From Eledone cirrhosa (Eukaryota): 64,000 nt of DNA. Each line of letters starts with the position of its first letter. Position 1 is the first letter of the stretch. The position numbers and the translations under genes were made by a program. Below the pieces are notes generated by a model that saw only the letters and a list, made by a program, of their open reading frames with translations, did not search any database and was not told the origin of the DNA. Positions 39,391 to 52,207 of this stretch are shown here, piece after piece. Location: assembly GCA_964016885.1 (NCBI GenBank), contig OZ024740.1, positions 97,898,001 to 97,962,000 on the forward strand, written 5' to 3'.

Positions 39391-39652
39391 AGGAGTCAAG
39401 TCCCAGATTCTATGAATATAATTCTGTGAAATCGTGGACGAGCGAGAATAAAGACCATCAAACCTGGTCGAAATGTGAGCAAGGAAAGAATTCCGCACAG
39501 GTCAAACGGGAGGAAGAAGGAGTCTAGTCCCTGAATTCGGTGAACATAAGTTCTGTGAAATCATAGTCAAGAGAGAAAAAAAGGAACAACCAACCTGGTC
39601 ACGTGTGTACGAGAAAAGAATTACGCATAGGTCAAACGGGAGGAAGTAGGAG
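39391..39652. repeat. Diverged tandem duplication, ~128-bp unit
   Basis: AGGAGTC.AGTCCC...TTCTGTGAAATC...AACCTGGTC...AGGTCAAACGGGAGGAAG occurs twice. Confidence 0.85.
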
Positions 39653-39661
39653 AGGCAGAAG

Positions 39662-39734
<73 letters not shown>

Positions 39735-39738
<4 letters not shown>

Positions 39739-42700
39739 TCCATATATCTATAATTGCCCAGAATCCAAATCCTACTTCATAATTGTTATTCTATAATTCT
39801 GTCTCACTGTTCTAAATAATCTTCTCCATGCTTGTTCTAAATAATTGTTGCTAATAATTTTCCATAATTTTCCACCATTATTATTTCAACGGCCCATGCT
39901 ATCACTTCTGGTTGCTTTTCGATATGATGGATGGACTAAGGAATTTCTGGAGAGTCTGAAGAATCTGGACACTCGAAGACAATGCCAAAGATAACGACAC
40001 ATTCACCTCATGCTGCCGGACGAAAGGGCAAGGCACCCTCCTCATTATTACGGCCGTGGATGGCCAACATAACCCCAACCCCATCCCCTCACCCCTCCAG
40101 GCGCCCCACCCACCAAACGCAATCCAAAACTTCAGAGTTGGTACCATGAATGTAGGCACCTTAAAAGGTCGCTCTAACGAGGTTGTAGAAATGCTTGAAC
40201 GTAAGGAGGTTGATGTTTGCTGTATCCAAGAGACCATGTGGAGGGGCGGGTCTGCTAGATTTATTGTGGGTAAAAAACGATGCTATAAGCTTTTCTGGGT
40301 GGGAAATGACAATGGGCTGGGTGGGGTAGGAATCATGTTAGCAGAAAAATGGGTGGATAATATAATAGACGTAAATAGAGTGAATGACAGAATAATTAAA
40401 ATAAGACTTGTTAGAAATAGAACTACTGTGACAGTAATATCTGCGTAGGCGCCCCAATCCGGACTGCCTGGCACTATAAAAGACAGATTATATGAGACAC
40501 TGATGCTCACTACCTCCCAAATAACCGACAGTGACTATATAATTATTGCTGGCGACCTAAACGGTCACGTTGGACAACATTGTGACGGCTATGACGGAAT
40601 CCACGGAGGCTATGGGTTTGGTACTAGAAATGAGGAAGGCTCCAGAATCCTGGAATTATGTGATGCAAATAACCTAACTATCTGTAACACTAACTTCAAA
40701 AAACAAGACAATCACTTGATCACCTACAGAACAGGGGAACATACCAGCCAGGTAGATTAAATCCTTACCAGAAGGCGTGACAGAGTGTGTATTGTAAACA
40801 CTAAATCCCTCCCCCATGAAAAATGCACCTCCCAACATAGACTGATAATTAGCGACCTCATAGTCACGACGAGACGTACTAGACAGCAGAAGAGGACTAT
40901 CTTCAGGAGAAAAATATGGAAGTTAAAGGACCCCACAGCCAGAAATAAATTTAAAAGCATATTACTTGATGCTTTCGACAATAAGGAAGAGCATTTAGAG
41001 TCGTACAATATAGAGGAACAGTGGGAATTCCTGAAAGCAAACCTGCTGATGGCGGCAGAAGAAGTCTGTGGCTGGAGCAGGCCTATAGGCAGGAGAAGAG
41101 TAACATGGTGGTGGAACAGTGAGGTGGAGGAGTCAATTAAGGCCAACAAGCAGGCTTGGAAAGTATGAATGGGGGAAGTAGAGAAGACTATCAAGTGGCC
41201 AGGAGGGAAGTTAGGAGACAAGTGTACTTCGCAAGAAGCGAAGCAGAGGAAAGAAAGTTCAAGCATGTTCTACAACGCGAGGACCAAAAACGTAGTTGAT
41301 GAAATGCTGAAAGCTTCTGGAACGGTGGGACACACTATGGTCACCCGGATAGTAAACCAAGTCATAAGAATGGGGTCGTTCCGAAGGACTGGCGTAGCAT
41401 CATCATCATTAACTGCTACAAGGGTAAAGGAGATGCCCTAGATAGGAGTAACTATAGAGGCATTAAATTAATCGACCAGGTCATGAAGGTCACAGAAAAA
41501 GTAATAGCGCAAATAATCAGAGAGAGAATTGATCTAGATGAAATTCAGTTCGGTTTTGTGTCAGGCAAAAGTACCACAGACGCTCTTTTCATTGTACGAC
41601 AACTACAGGAGAAGTACCTAGCTAAAAGTAAACTCCTCTACTTAGCTTTTGTCGACTTGGAGAAAGCCTTCGACAGAGTCCCCCGTTCCATTATCTGGTG
41701 GGCTCTTAGAAAATTAGGTGTTGATGAATGGCTTGTGAGAGCTATACAAGCCATGTATAAAGAAACAGTCAGTAAGGTTAGAATTAACAACGAATATAGT
41801 GAAGAGTTTAGCGTAAAAGTTGGTGTTTAGCCCCCTACTATTTATTATTGCCCTTCAGGCTATAACAGTGGAGTTCACGACCGGCCGCCCGTGGGAGCTC
41901 CTATACGCAGATGATCTAACGCTCGTAGCTGAATCAATGGACGAACTAAAGTAGAAATTCCAAACATGGAAGCATGGCCTAGAATCAAAAGGCCTTAAAA
42001 TAAACCTGTCTAAGACTAAAGTTCTAGTTTGTAGGAAGGAAAATAGGGCGCTGGTCCCATCCGGGAAATGGCCATGCTCAGTGTGTAGGAAAGGAGTAGG
42101 GAGAAACTCCATTTTATGTCCCAAATGCAAAGTATGGGTGCATAAAAGATGTAGTGGGATCACAGGTAAGCTAACTAAGAACATAGATGTTATATGTGTC
42201 CGGTGCTCTGGTGCAATAAGTAGCAGCATGTGCCCACCGAATACTAGCTCATTCCATTGCACAGAGGGTTCTATAGAAATAGTTGACAGCTTCCGTTACC
42301 TGGGTAACAAAATCAGTAGTGGGGGAGGGTGCTCTGAAAGTAAAGAAGCTAGAGTCAGAACTGGATGGAAAATGCTCAGAGAGCTTATACCACTATTAGC
42401 CGCTAAAGGGATCTCCCTAAAAATGAAAGGCAGGCTGTATGATGCCTGCATACGAACAACAATGTTGCATGGCAGTGAAACATGGGCATTGTGTGCAGAG
42501 GATATACGCAGACTAGAGAGGAACGAAGCTTGCATGCTCCGCTGGATGTGTAATAGTAATATACATGAACGGCAAAGCATAAACGAACTAAGGGAAAAAT
42601 TAGAAATAAGAGGGATCAGATGTTGTTTACGCGAGAGAAGGCTACGTTGGTATGGTCACGTGATGCGCATGAAAGACGACAGCTGTATAAAAAAGTGCAG

Positions 42701-43243
42701 GGCAATAAAAATAGACGGTAGCCACGGAGTATGCAAACCCAGAAAAACCTGGGACGACTTGATAAATTCCGACCTCTTACACTTACACCTCTCCAAGACA
42801 ATGTCACTGGACCGAGAGCTTTGGCGCTACACAGTAATAGAGAAGACCCGCCTTACCTAAGTACAAAGTGAAACCTACTACAGTCAGTAGGCACCTCTAA
42901 CAAAATACACCGCCGTCCCACTACTCCCACCCCATCAACACCACCCCTTTCAATGTAAAGTTATGTTGGTACCACAACATCCAGCCCGAAACAAATGAGG
43001 TAGTGTGGGTGTCACGACAAAAAAACACAGCCCACGCTGTAATGTGGCCGTGTAGCTAACACGGTAAAAACCTCCCAGTTCCACACTGTAAATGTGGTTG
43101 GTGTTGGGAAGGGCATCCAGCCGTAGAAAACCCGCCAGACAGTCCTATGCCAGCAAGACAACCACTCTTGCCTCAAGTGGGAAAACTCCCGTCCAAACCC
43201 ATGCAAGAGTGGTATATGGACGTTAAACGATGATGATGATGAT
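39735..43243 (+). mobile_element. RTE LINE subfamily B, near full length, disrupted
   Basis: 5' UTR homologous to 59270-59730; APE 40056-40860; RT/PHD to 42860; ~280-bp internal deletion near 41295 relative to the 59-63 kb copy; (GAT)n tail; (TA)n on both sides. Confidence 0.96.
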
Positions 43244-43259
43244 ATATATATATATATAA

Positions 43260-43306
<47 letters not shown>

Positions 43307-43307
<1 letters not shown>

Positions 43308-43467
43308 TAGCAGAAGGCCTGGCGTTGCTCGGTATTTGCTCTTGGGTTCTTATATATTTGATAAATATTTATCCTTATTGAGCTTCGTGAAATAAATATG
43401 TTTGTTTATATTATGTTATTGTGTATGCAAAACTATCTGTTCACGAATATAGAATTATATATATATT

Positions 43468-43515
<48 letters not shown>

Positions 43516-43628
43516 TCAGATTAAATTTTAAGCAAAGAATCGCTGCTTTCACCCTTAACGGGATCTTTTGAAACTAAAAAAATCAATCTGTGAACGTAGA
43601 AGGAAATATTTTTAAAAACGTTACACAC

Positions 43629-43663
<35 letters not shown>

Positions 43664-43984
43664 TATATATACATATATATACACACACACACAGCGTGAT
43701 AATGCCGTAATGCAGCCACCCGACATACAGACAGATATTATAAGGGTGCAACGTTATATTCATGTATCTATCTAAAAAGAAAGACTAAGAATTATAAAGA
43801 AATATCACTAAATCGCCTAATGCGGTCCCTAGGACATTGAAAATTTGAAATTCTATTTTCACAAAACACTCACAGGACCATAAGTATTATATGTGTAAAG
43901 TTTGAAAACAATCGGTTGGGTGGTTTTCGAGTTTTAGGGAGCTGACAGACAGACAGACAGATATTCTTTTTTTAGATATATAGA
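43307..43984 (-). mobile_element. Non-autonomous Helitron
   Basis: Minus strand starts TC (43984), has (CTGT)n near the 5' end, a subterminal GC-rich imperfect hairpin and 3' CTAG (43307-43310); A|T insertion site. Confidence 0.75.
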
Positions 43985-44644
43985 TAAATATTGATTAATG
44001 CATAAAATTATTAATCATATTGTCTGATGAAATTATAGGTTAACAAAAATGTTAAACGTAGTCACTGTTAGAACCTTTAGTCAGCTCTACTAATATAACA
44101 TTTAAGAATTTTCATTAGGAGCAGTAACAATAATTCAAGGATAAGTAATTGTCTAGACAAATGTAACCATATAATATGCGTGTTTGTACTATCACATAGG
44201 GGCAGTGACATAAGATGATCTGAGAGTAATTGAATCTACTTACAAAAGGCTCGATTCTTAATATATATATATACACATAGATGCATTACCAAAGAAAAAT
44301 CGTATAGCAGGTTAAAGAACTTATATAGATGGTAAAATTTGAATAAAGAACAGATAAAACAGAACAGATTTGTAACCTTCATTTATCTTAAATCATACCA
44401 AACGTTTTGCATTGTCAGAGCTTGCGAATTACATACCTGATATATGTCAAAAATGACGGCTAATTGTAATATCTATACATAATATAAAAAAGAGATGATT
44501 GTTGATTGGTTAGTTCCTTAACGCTCACTCAAACAAGTGATACCGACATACAAACATACAGTCAATGTATATATCCAAATCGATACACATACACACACAC
44601 ATCTGACAAATCTTAGAACGCTGGACTTCTATAGTTTCTCACCC

Positions 44645-44772
44645 TCTCTTCCTTCCTCCGTCGATGTAGTCACCCCTTCCATTCTCAGTCGACATTATCA
44701 CTCCTTCCTTTCTCAGTCGATGTAATCACCCTTTCCTTCCTCAGTTACGTTATCACCCTTTCCTCAGTCATC
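44645..44772. repeat. Degenerate minisatellite, ~28-bp unit
   Basis: About 4-5 units of CTTCCT(T)CTCAGTCGATGTAATCACCC. Confidence 0.75.
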
Positions 44773-44973
44773 TCTTGTGGCATACAAATACACAAGGGTA
44801 TTATATATTAGTATATATTTAGGTCGAAACGGCTTGAGCTCAGCTGTCGGGGTCTTACTGGTTCCTATTACCCACTCTACTACCTCAAGTATTGAGTACT
44901 TTGGTGCGTTATGGTCCACCTGGTTCCTTACCACATTTCCTTCGTTATATATATATATATATATATGTATATA

Positions 44974-45407
44974 ATTATAAAATAACAGGAGGCTGGACTG
45001 GCGTAATTCCTTAAAGGTTTATTATACTATGAACATTTCGGGTGCAGTATGAGTCCGGTGACCGGACTAGAAACTGCTAAATGTTTGGCTGCCTTCTTGT
45101 CTCTCTGCCTTTTCAGACCCATGGATTGTGTCTATTATATTCCTTTGTTAAATTTCGAATACCTGATGATGTCACCGGATTCATACTAAACCCGGTCATT
45201 GAAATGTTCATAGTATAATAAACATTTAAGGAATTACACCAGTCCTGCCTCCTGTTATTTTATAATAATTAACTCCGTACTCGCACCACCAACAACACAA
45301 ACGAAGACGGGTGAGTTGCATTACGTCGAGTGCTCTCGCTAATATTACATCAAGATTGACTATACGGAATGACAAGTTCTATCCAGTGGTGAACCAGCAA
45401 ACCTAAA
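44974..45407 (+). mobile_element. Penelope-like remnant with inverted pseudo-LTR
   Basis: 44974-45062 is an inverted copy of 45171-45266; hammerhead motif; flanked by (TA)n; same family as 5900-6157. Confidence 0.7.
45159..45216 (+). ncRNA. Minimal type I hammerhead ribozyme motif
   Basis: atac CTGATGA tgtcaccgg...cccggtcatt GAAA tgttca TA gtat. Confidence 0.7.
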
Positions 45408-45427
45408 TATATATATATATATATACA

Positions 45428-46290
45428 TATCTATCTATCTATCTATCTATCTAGGGTGGGTAAAATTCCCAAGATCCAGGGACGAGTTCTCTCCAGTGGT
45501 CTTTGTCCTTCATCATCGCCGCTATATCCCACATATCCCAGAGACCAGTGCCTGTCCTTAGGGCACCAACATATATCATCCTTGGTCTCTGTCTTACATT
45601 TTGTCCGTGTAGGGACTCCCACAGGACCGGTGAATGCTGTGTCAACTCTGAATGTCAGTGAGCATGTCCAGTTAACCTCAGTCTACTCTGTGTCACTTTC
45701 AAACTGACTTTTGGTAGGCTCCCATACAGTTCTGCATTCTTCATTCTCAGGGCATACTGATTAATGTTCTGAGCCATCCTCAGCATTCCCGTGTAGCACC
45801 CATCCACCATCTGAGTGAGTCTCTTGGTCAGTGTCCAAGTCTAAGACCCATACAGCAGCACAGACTCTACTGTAGTGATGAAAAGACAGATCTTCAGGTC
45901 TTTACAAAGGTCCAACTTCCACACCGACCTCAAACTGTGATACACAACTCCACCCAGGCTTTGCTCTTCCTCTCCACCACATCATCTTCTGTGTTCCCAA
46001 GCTTTGCTACCAGCTCTAGTGGCTGCTCCCCCACATTCATAATATTCTTTGGCTCCTTAATATTCTCTACCAGATACTTCATCTTACTCTTATTCATTCT
46101 CAGCCCCATATTTATTGAGACAGTCTCCACCTCTTGCATCAACTGCTCTGCCTCCTTCACTGTGTTTGTCACCAGAACTATGTCATCAGATAATTCAGCA
46201 TCTGATATCTTTTTAGCCTTAACTCTCCTGCTCTGAGCTGGTGCTATATTAAATCCCAGATTCTGGTGTTTCTCCAGTGATATCAGATTC
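45428..46290 (-). mobile_element. Third, older RTE-like LINE 3' fragment with (TAGA)n tail
   Basis: SDAELSDDIVLV..(degenerate FADD), GLRMNKSK, ESVLLYGS*TWTLTK; tail (TAGA)n at 45428-45453. Confidence 0.8.
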
Positions 46291-46374
46291 ACTATCTTCT
46301 TGGGGGATTCAATAAACCTTTAAGATCATCAGGCAGTCTTGGTCCACAGAATATATATATATATAAACCAATTC

Positions 46375-46868
46375 CTTGTACAATCAATTGCTTGCGACTC
46401 TACTACAATAGGGATTCTGAAATTTGACACCTCTTAAAATCTGACATTCCTTAGCTTGCTGCCATCAGTCATACTCACTGAATCAGAATACTTCAATTCT
46501 TCTTCTCTTCTCTCACTTTCTGATCATTCATTTTTGGCGCAAAAATTACTTTGCAATAAAATGGCAAATAGCAAAAGGAGTCTTCTTTTGTCAGGACAAT
46601 TCTCCAGTGCACAGGTCCTTGATTTCAATGGTTACTGTGTGTGACTTTGGCTTTGAATTTGTTGATCATCCTCCCTATTTTCCTGATTTGGCCCCATCTG
46701 ACTATCATCTGTTCCCCAACATGAAAAAACATTTGACTGGGAACTAATGATGCAGTGATGATGAAGTCATATCTGCTGTTGATGATTTTTTGACTAACAG
46801 GATGAACCCCATTTGGTCACATTCTATAAGAGTATTTTGGATAGCCTATGGACTTATCAGTCGACCAG
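46375..46868 (+). mobile_element. Internally deleted mariner (DD34D) relic
   Basis: KGVFFCQDNSPVH near 46575-46615 and FEFVDHPPYFPDLAPSDYHLFPNMKKHL near 46650-46735. Confidence 0.88.
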
Positions 46869-46914
46869 AGAGAGAGAGAAAGATAATTTGAGAGAGAAGA
46901 CTTTTCAATCTCTC

Positions 46915-47190
46915 TAGTGCTGGTGCCATGAAAATTGCATCACTATATCCAATCAAAAGGTTAAGAGGACTCTTCAATTGTGTTACGGACATGGCAACCT
47001 TCCTAGTGCTGGTATCACAAAAAATACATTTGGTGTATCTTTAGAATGCAGAAACATTTGTATATAGAATGTGGTTTCTAGCCCATCTAAGAGGTCAGGG
47101 GCTCCATTTAAGTACTGGTTTGTTTTGTTATAATCTATCCAACTCTTAGTAGCATGGAAAATGGATGTTAAATGAGATGATGATGTTGAT
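46915..47190 (+). mobile_element. Decayed RTE-type 3' end
   Basis: AGTGCTGGTGCCATG, TAGCATGGAAAATGGATGTTAAATGAGATGATGATG. Confidence 0.55.
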
Positions 47191-48339
47191 ATATTATATG
47201 CATATATTACTAATCAGAACAATTAAGCTTCTAACATTTTAAATATTCTTTATTAAGTATTTCATATTTAAAGTTTATCTTAACCCATGATTCACACCAA
47301 TCTGTCACAAGGTTAACCACTCATAAGTTGTAACTGCTAATCATTTGTTTTCAGCTGAGTAGAATTGTCTTGCTCAATGACACTACATGAAACCAACTTT
47401 ATAATTGTGAGTCCAACACTCTAACCATTATTCTACATATCTTCACTAAGTTCATATTTTATATTAGTTTTTACTTATTTAAAACTATAAATACCTAATG
47501 TTTGTTAACTTTTAAATAACTTCCCAGTATTACCATATGAATAAAAATATTTTAGTGGTTATTGTTATTGTTGTTGTTCTATTGTAAGAATTGTTGAACT
47601 ATTTTGTGTCTGTTTTTCATTAGTTATTGCTCGATGTTAAATGTTTTTGACAGTTGATATCAGGTTTCTTTCAGGAATCGGAAAATAGTTTGGCCATGGT
47701 GCTTGGTGTTAATTTGTTAGAAGAATACATTGTCTGTGTTTTTAGATTTTTGTCATATTTTTGCTATTAATAGAACTTTCACGACCAATCTTTAAGTGTG
47801 TTTTCTTATAAATCCTTTATGAAATAGATATGATTTCAACTAACGTTTATCTATATTTTTCTTGGTGTTGTATAATATATTATGTGGCAACAACTCCTTC
47901 CTGTAGATGTGTAGTTAACTGGTTAACGTTTTTTTTAAATTTAATTACTTAGTCAGGAGGAAGTACAGCATTCATGAACCATTAATTTTTCAGGGATTCT
48001 GAGACTGATGGGATAGAGGGAAGAAAGTTGTGCTTAACTGGAGACCTGTTTTTAATGTTTGCAAAAGAGTGGCATTCACAAAAGACACCCATGAATTAGA
48101 TTGTTGTACTGAAGCAGGCAACAGATTAGATCTATCACCCAATTATAGCATGGTGGGATTTGAAATCTGACTATAAAAACCAGAGCATCTATCATAAGGC
48201 ATCATTTTCAGCACTTTGACAATTCCATCAGTCCTCTTCATTAGACTTGTATTTTATTTATTATCACCATGGCCACAATGATTACTTTTGTAGAATTTAA
48301 ACACTGCATGCAAGAAAATGGAATAAATAGTACAGAGCA

Positions 48340-48560
48340 TTTTGTCCAAAACCTTAGTCTGCCCACAATCCCTCTACAGTTTATGCATTTGTATTTTGCA
48401 TGAAGTACATAACAGAGAACTCCTTCCTACTCTCTTTTTACAAATTGAACACAATGATTTCCTTGATAGTATCAAGGACTTGTCTTCTTTCCTAGTAACT
48501 AAAATATGGTATTTGCTAGGTTTATGCTGAACTCTTTTGATTTTAAGTTTTGCTTTAATA
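48340..48560 (-). mobile_element. Decayed RTE fragment (PHD region)
   Basis: CSICKKRVGRSSLLCTSCKIQMHKL in ORF 48374-48604. Confidence 0.7.
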
Positions 48561-48644
48561 GCTAATAAATATATATATAGGCATGTTGATGTAGTTAGAA
48601 ACAAAAAGGTATATATATAAGTGTGTGTATGTGTGTGTAAAAAG

Positions 48645-48970
48645 GTTAAAGATTCCCTTCATTCATGGATCACCATGGGATTTGCACCTAAAAAATTCCT
48701 CTCTGATGCATAAGCTCGATCAAGATATTTCATTTTTTCTGGAAGACCAGCAGGTGCTCATGTATACATGTCTTCCTTCTCCGTACAACTGATCTTGTCC
48801 AAGAGAAAGGCAAAGTGTGATACAGCTTGGAACCAGTAATATTGCAACTCATTTCTACAGCTGAGTGGAAAAAATATCTTGCTTAAAGATACAATACATT
48901 GCGCAGTTTGGGAATCAAACTCACAACCTCGCTATAGTATATCCAAGACTCTATCCACTAAGCCATGTGC
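48645..48970 (-). mobile_element. Old SINE with S2-type tRNA head and a different 3' half
   Basis: Minus strand GCACATGGCTTAGTGG...GTGAGTTTGATTCC...ACTCAGCTGTAGAAATGAG, as at 14356-14494. Confidence 0.7.
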
Positions 48971-48999
48971 ATTTACATATACATATATATGTATCTATA

Positions 49000-49160
49000 G
49001 GTGGCGAATTGGCAGAGTCATTAGAATGTTGAAGGGAATACGTTATGGTATTCGTTCCAGCTCTCGGCTCTCTGAGTTCAAAGCCCATTGAGTTCAACTT
49101 TGCCTTTCATCATTTCAAAGTCGATAAAAAAAAGTAACAATCTAGTACTGGGGTCGATTC
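49000..49160 (+). mobile_element. Old S1-type SINE
   Basis: TGGCAGAGTCATTAG, CTGAGTTCAAAGCCC, AACTTTGCCTTTCATC, GTACTGGGGTCGATT. Confidence 0.7.
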
Positions 49161-49333
49161 TTTCTCTATATCTCTTTCTCATTTCCTCTCTCTTACTTTC
49201 TATCTTTTTCAGTAATAAATCTACTGTACTCAGGCCTGGAGAGGGATTGGCTCCACGAGGCTTAAAATGCTCAAGAAACGGTATATGTCAATACAGCGCA
49301 CATACAACTCTCTCAGGAGTTACAGGACCATAT

Positions 49334-49376
<43 letters not shown>

Positions 49377-49413
49377 GTAATTACATGAATCAAAGTTATC
49401 TTTAAACCATTTA

Positions 49414-49464
49414 TTCGCTTACAATTGTTTCTTCCAAACCGAGGTTTGGTGTCTTCGGAGCAAT
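49414..49464 (-). ncRNA. Minimal type I hammerhead ribozyme motif (U4C core variant) in a Penelope-like remnant
   Basis: Minus strand: ttgct CCGAAGA ca ccaaacc tc ggtttgg aa GAAAC aatt GTA agcga. Confidence 0.7.
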
Positions 49465-49689
49465 TTTTCAATGATTGTTTACATACATGACCTCCTTTAC
49501 TGGTAATAAGGTAGTAATAAATTACTGTCTTTCACTATTTAGGGTTTAAAATATATATAACTATAAAAGGTTTTAGTATATACATAACCATAAATAGTAT
49601 CCTTAATACTATATATATATATATATATACATATATGTATATGCATATATATATAGAGAGAGCTATTTTCATGCTGCATCAATTCCTTC

Positions 49690-50770
49690 CACATAGGCTT
49701 TGTCCTATGTGTCTTCTCCTTCCATGGAATTTGCTCTTCTGCAGTCTTTATATTGGTTTTCATGAACTTCCGATAATCCTCTTATACTCTGGCATCTAAA
49801 AATATTTATATATGTTGGACACTGTGTCTGTATAGAACTTCAAGAAGTTTGAATCTTTCAGAGTACCCGAGTCATGTGTGATTTTACTTGCTTAACACTG
49901 TGCCTTGCATAAACTCACTTTTATCTTACCTGTTAGTATTCAATGGTCAGATCGAAGACTACTAAATCAATTAAATATCTCCACATCTTTGACATAGTTT
50001 CTCTACTTCCTATTGATTAGTTTGTAATGAAACCTAGACTTACTTCCTTTCATATCCGATAGCTATACCTAGACTTTTCCTCTCCTCTTTTCCTATAAGG
50101 TGATGAATAAGTTACACACCCACGCATGTTTGAGTAGGAGACTTCAATTTTTATTAATTGTTTCATCATATGTGTACTTTGTAATATCATTTCCAAGAGT
50201 TGTGTTAAAGTCCCCAAGACTTACTGTCACACAGTGTTTGAGAATGTGAATGATAGCAATTAATCTTTTGTCATGATCTTCAAGTTCATCATTGCCGTTG
50301 ACATAGACATAGCTGACTATTATTGATGTTACTCCATTCCCACTGATGTGTATTTGGAAAATCCTGTTATCCTGTGGTTTTAAAGCAGCAATTACCTTTT
50401 TCGTCTAATATCCCAACACTTCCTTCAGTTGCATTACATTAAGTTCTCCATGTTCTGGTAGTGATTAAAGTTTAGTTGTCCAGGTTTTTGTCATCAGTAT
50501 CTCTTCTTCTTCTATGACTATTAGTTTATTGTTTGTGATTCAAAATATATGACATTGATAGTTTTTCTTTTTAATTTCTTACAAGTTCTTGTCTTTTCTT
50601 CCAATAACACTGTACTTACATTTATCGTTAAAATGTTGATTTTCAGTTGCAAAACCTGCTTTATTTCGCTCTACTCCCATCTAATGCCATCAAGGTTTAC
50701 TCCTCTAGCAAATAAGGTTTAGTCTGTTTCTTACTCTTCTGCATGTCTGGCATAGTTGAATTTCCCAGAA
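49690..50770 (-). mobile_element. Decayed APE endonuclease region of an RTE-like LINE
   Basis: Hand translation: ..DNRIFQIHISGNGVTSIIVSY...LGDFNTTLG...N*SLLL....CNLFIT.. and downstream RSDH. Confidence 0.7.
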
Positions 50771-51065
50771 ATTACATTCCTGCCAAAGTAGTCTTCAGGA
50801 TTACAATTACACACAAGCCACTCCACCAAAACAAGGGACTTATTACATATGTAGTAGCATATATACAAACTATTGGATGGCCATGACTCTCATGAGTTCC
50901 TCTGCCCTTTGATGGGCTTAGATTATCATCCTACAAGATCTCCAAAATTCACCCTCCTTTCCAGGCAGCCTATGTGTGGGTGCCAGATTAGTTTCTGAAA
51001 ACTTGACCAGGCTGCAGGTTCTACTGGGTTACTTGTTACCAGTAGTGCTGATAATAACTGACAAC

Positions 51066-51792
51066 ACGTTGGTACAGTCACGTGATGCGCATGAAAGATG
51101 ACAGCTGTATAACAAAGTGCAGGGCAATAAAGATAGACGGTAGCCACGGAGTAGGCAGACCCAGAAAAACATGGGACGAGCTGATAAATTCCGACCTCAC
51201 ACGCTTACACCTCTCCAAGACAATGTCACTGGACCGAGACCTTTGGCGGTACTCAGTAATAGAGAAGACCCGCCTTACCTAAATACAAAGTAAAAACCTA
51301 CTACAGTCAGTAGGCATCTCTATCAAAACACCCCCCCGTCCCACCACCTCCACCCCATCCACACTGCCCCTTTTAATGTAAAGTTATGTTGGTCCCACAA
51401 CATCCAGGCCGAAACAAATGAGATCGTGTAGGTGTCACGATAAAAAAACACACAGTCCACGCTGTAAATGTGGCCGTGTAATGTGGCCGTAAATGTGGCC
51501 GTAAATGTGGCACTGTAAATGTGGTTGGTGTTAGGAAGGGCATCCAGCTGTAGAAAACCCGCCAGACAGTCCACGCTGTAATGTGGCCATGTAGGCAACA
51601 CGATAAAAACCTCCCAGCCCCACACTGTAAATGTGGTTGGTGTTAGGAAGGGCATCCAACTGTAGAAAAACCCGCCAAACAGTCCTATGCGAGCAAGACA
51701 ACCACTCTTGCCTCAAGTGGGAAAACCCCCGTCCAAACCCATGCAAGCGTGGAACACGGAAGCTAAACCTGATGATGATGATGATGATGATG
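51066..51792 (+). mobile_element. RTE subfamily B 3' fragment with duplicated 3' UTR module
   Basis: ORF 51082-51282; same duplication junction as 14719-15110; (GAT)n tail. Confidence 0.93.
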
Positions 51793-52207
51793 AACACATA
51801 CCTCAGAAAATCATAGAAAGCACCAAGTAGACAAGAAGGTAATTCAATTGTATGCAACACTACACAAAGATTAACTGAATGAAATGGTTCAGAAAGTAAA
51901 AGAATGGGACTCAAAATATAGGCATGGCCGAAGCTAAAGTTTGATCAACAAGATGTGCAGGAGAAAAGAGGTGAGAACAGGTCTAAAGGTAGTAGAAAGG
52001 AAACGAGAATAAAGCTTTTGTATCAGCACTCACCACCCATCTTAGAATAGCAAGGTTTCATACTTTACACATTATTCTGTCTAATGTCTACTGTCTCCAA
52101 GGTCTTCGCTCAGTTTTCCCAATAATTATTTATAGTGATCAGCTATTAGCACAGTCACATGTGTTGGGATGTCTACCTGTGAGATCAATCATCAAATATA
52201 TATATAT

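Noticed and set aside
44020-44068. Further CTGATGA hammerhead seeds (also ~24334, ~30965, ~53200-53245)
   Set aside because: No intact GAAA or no convincing stems.
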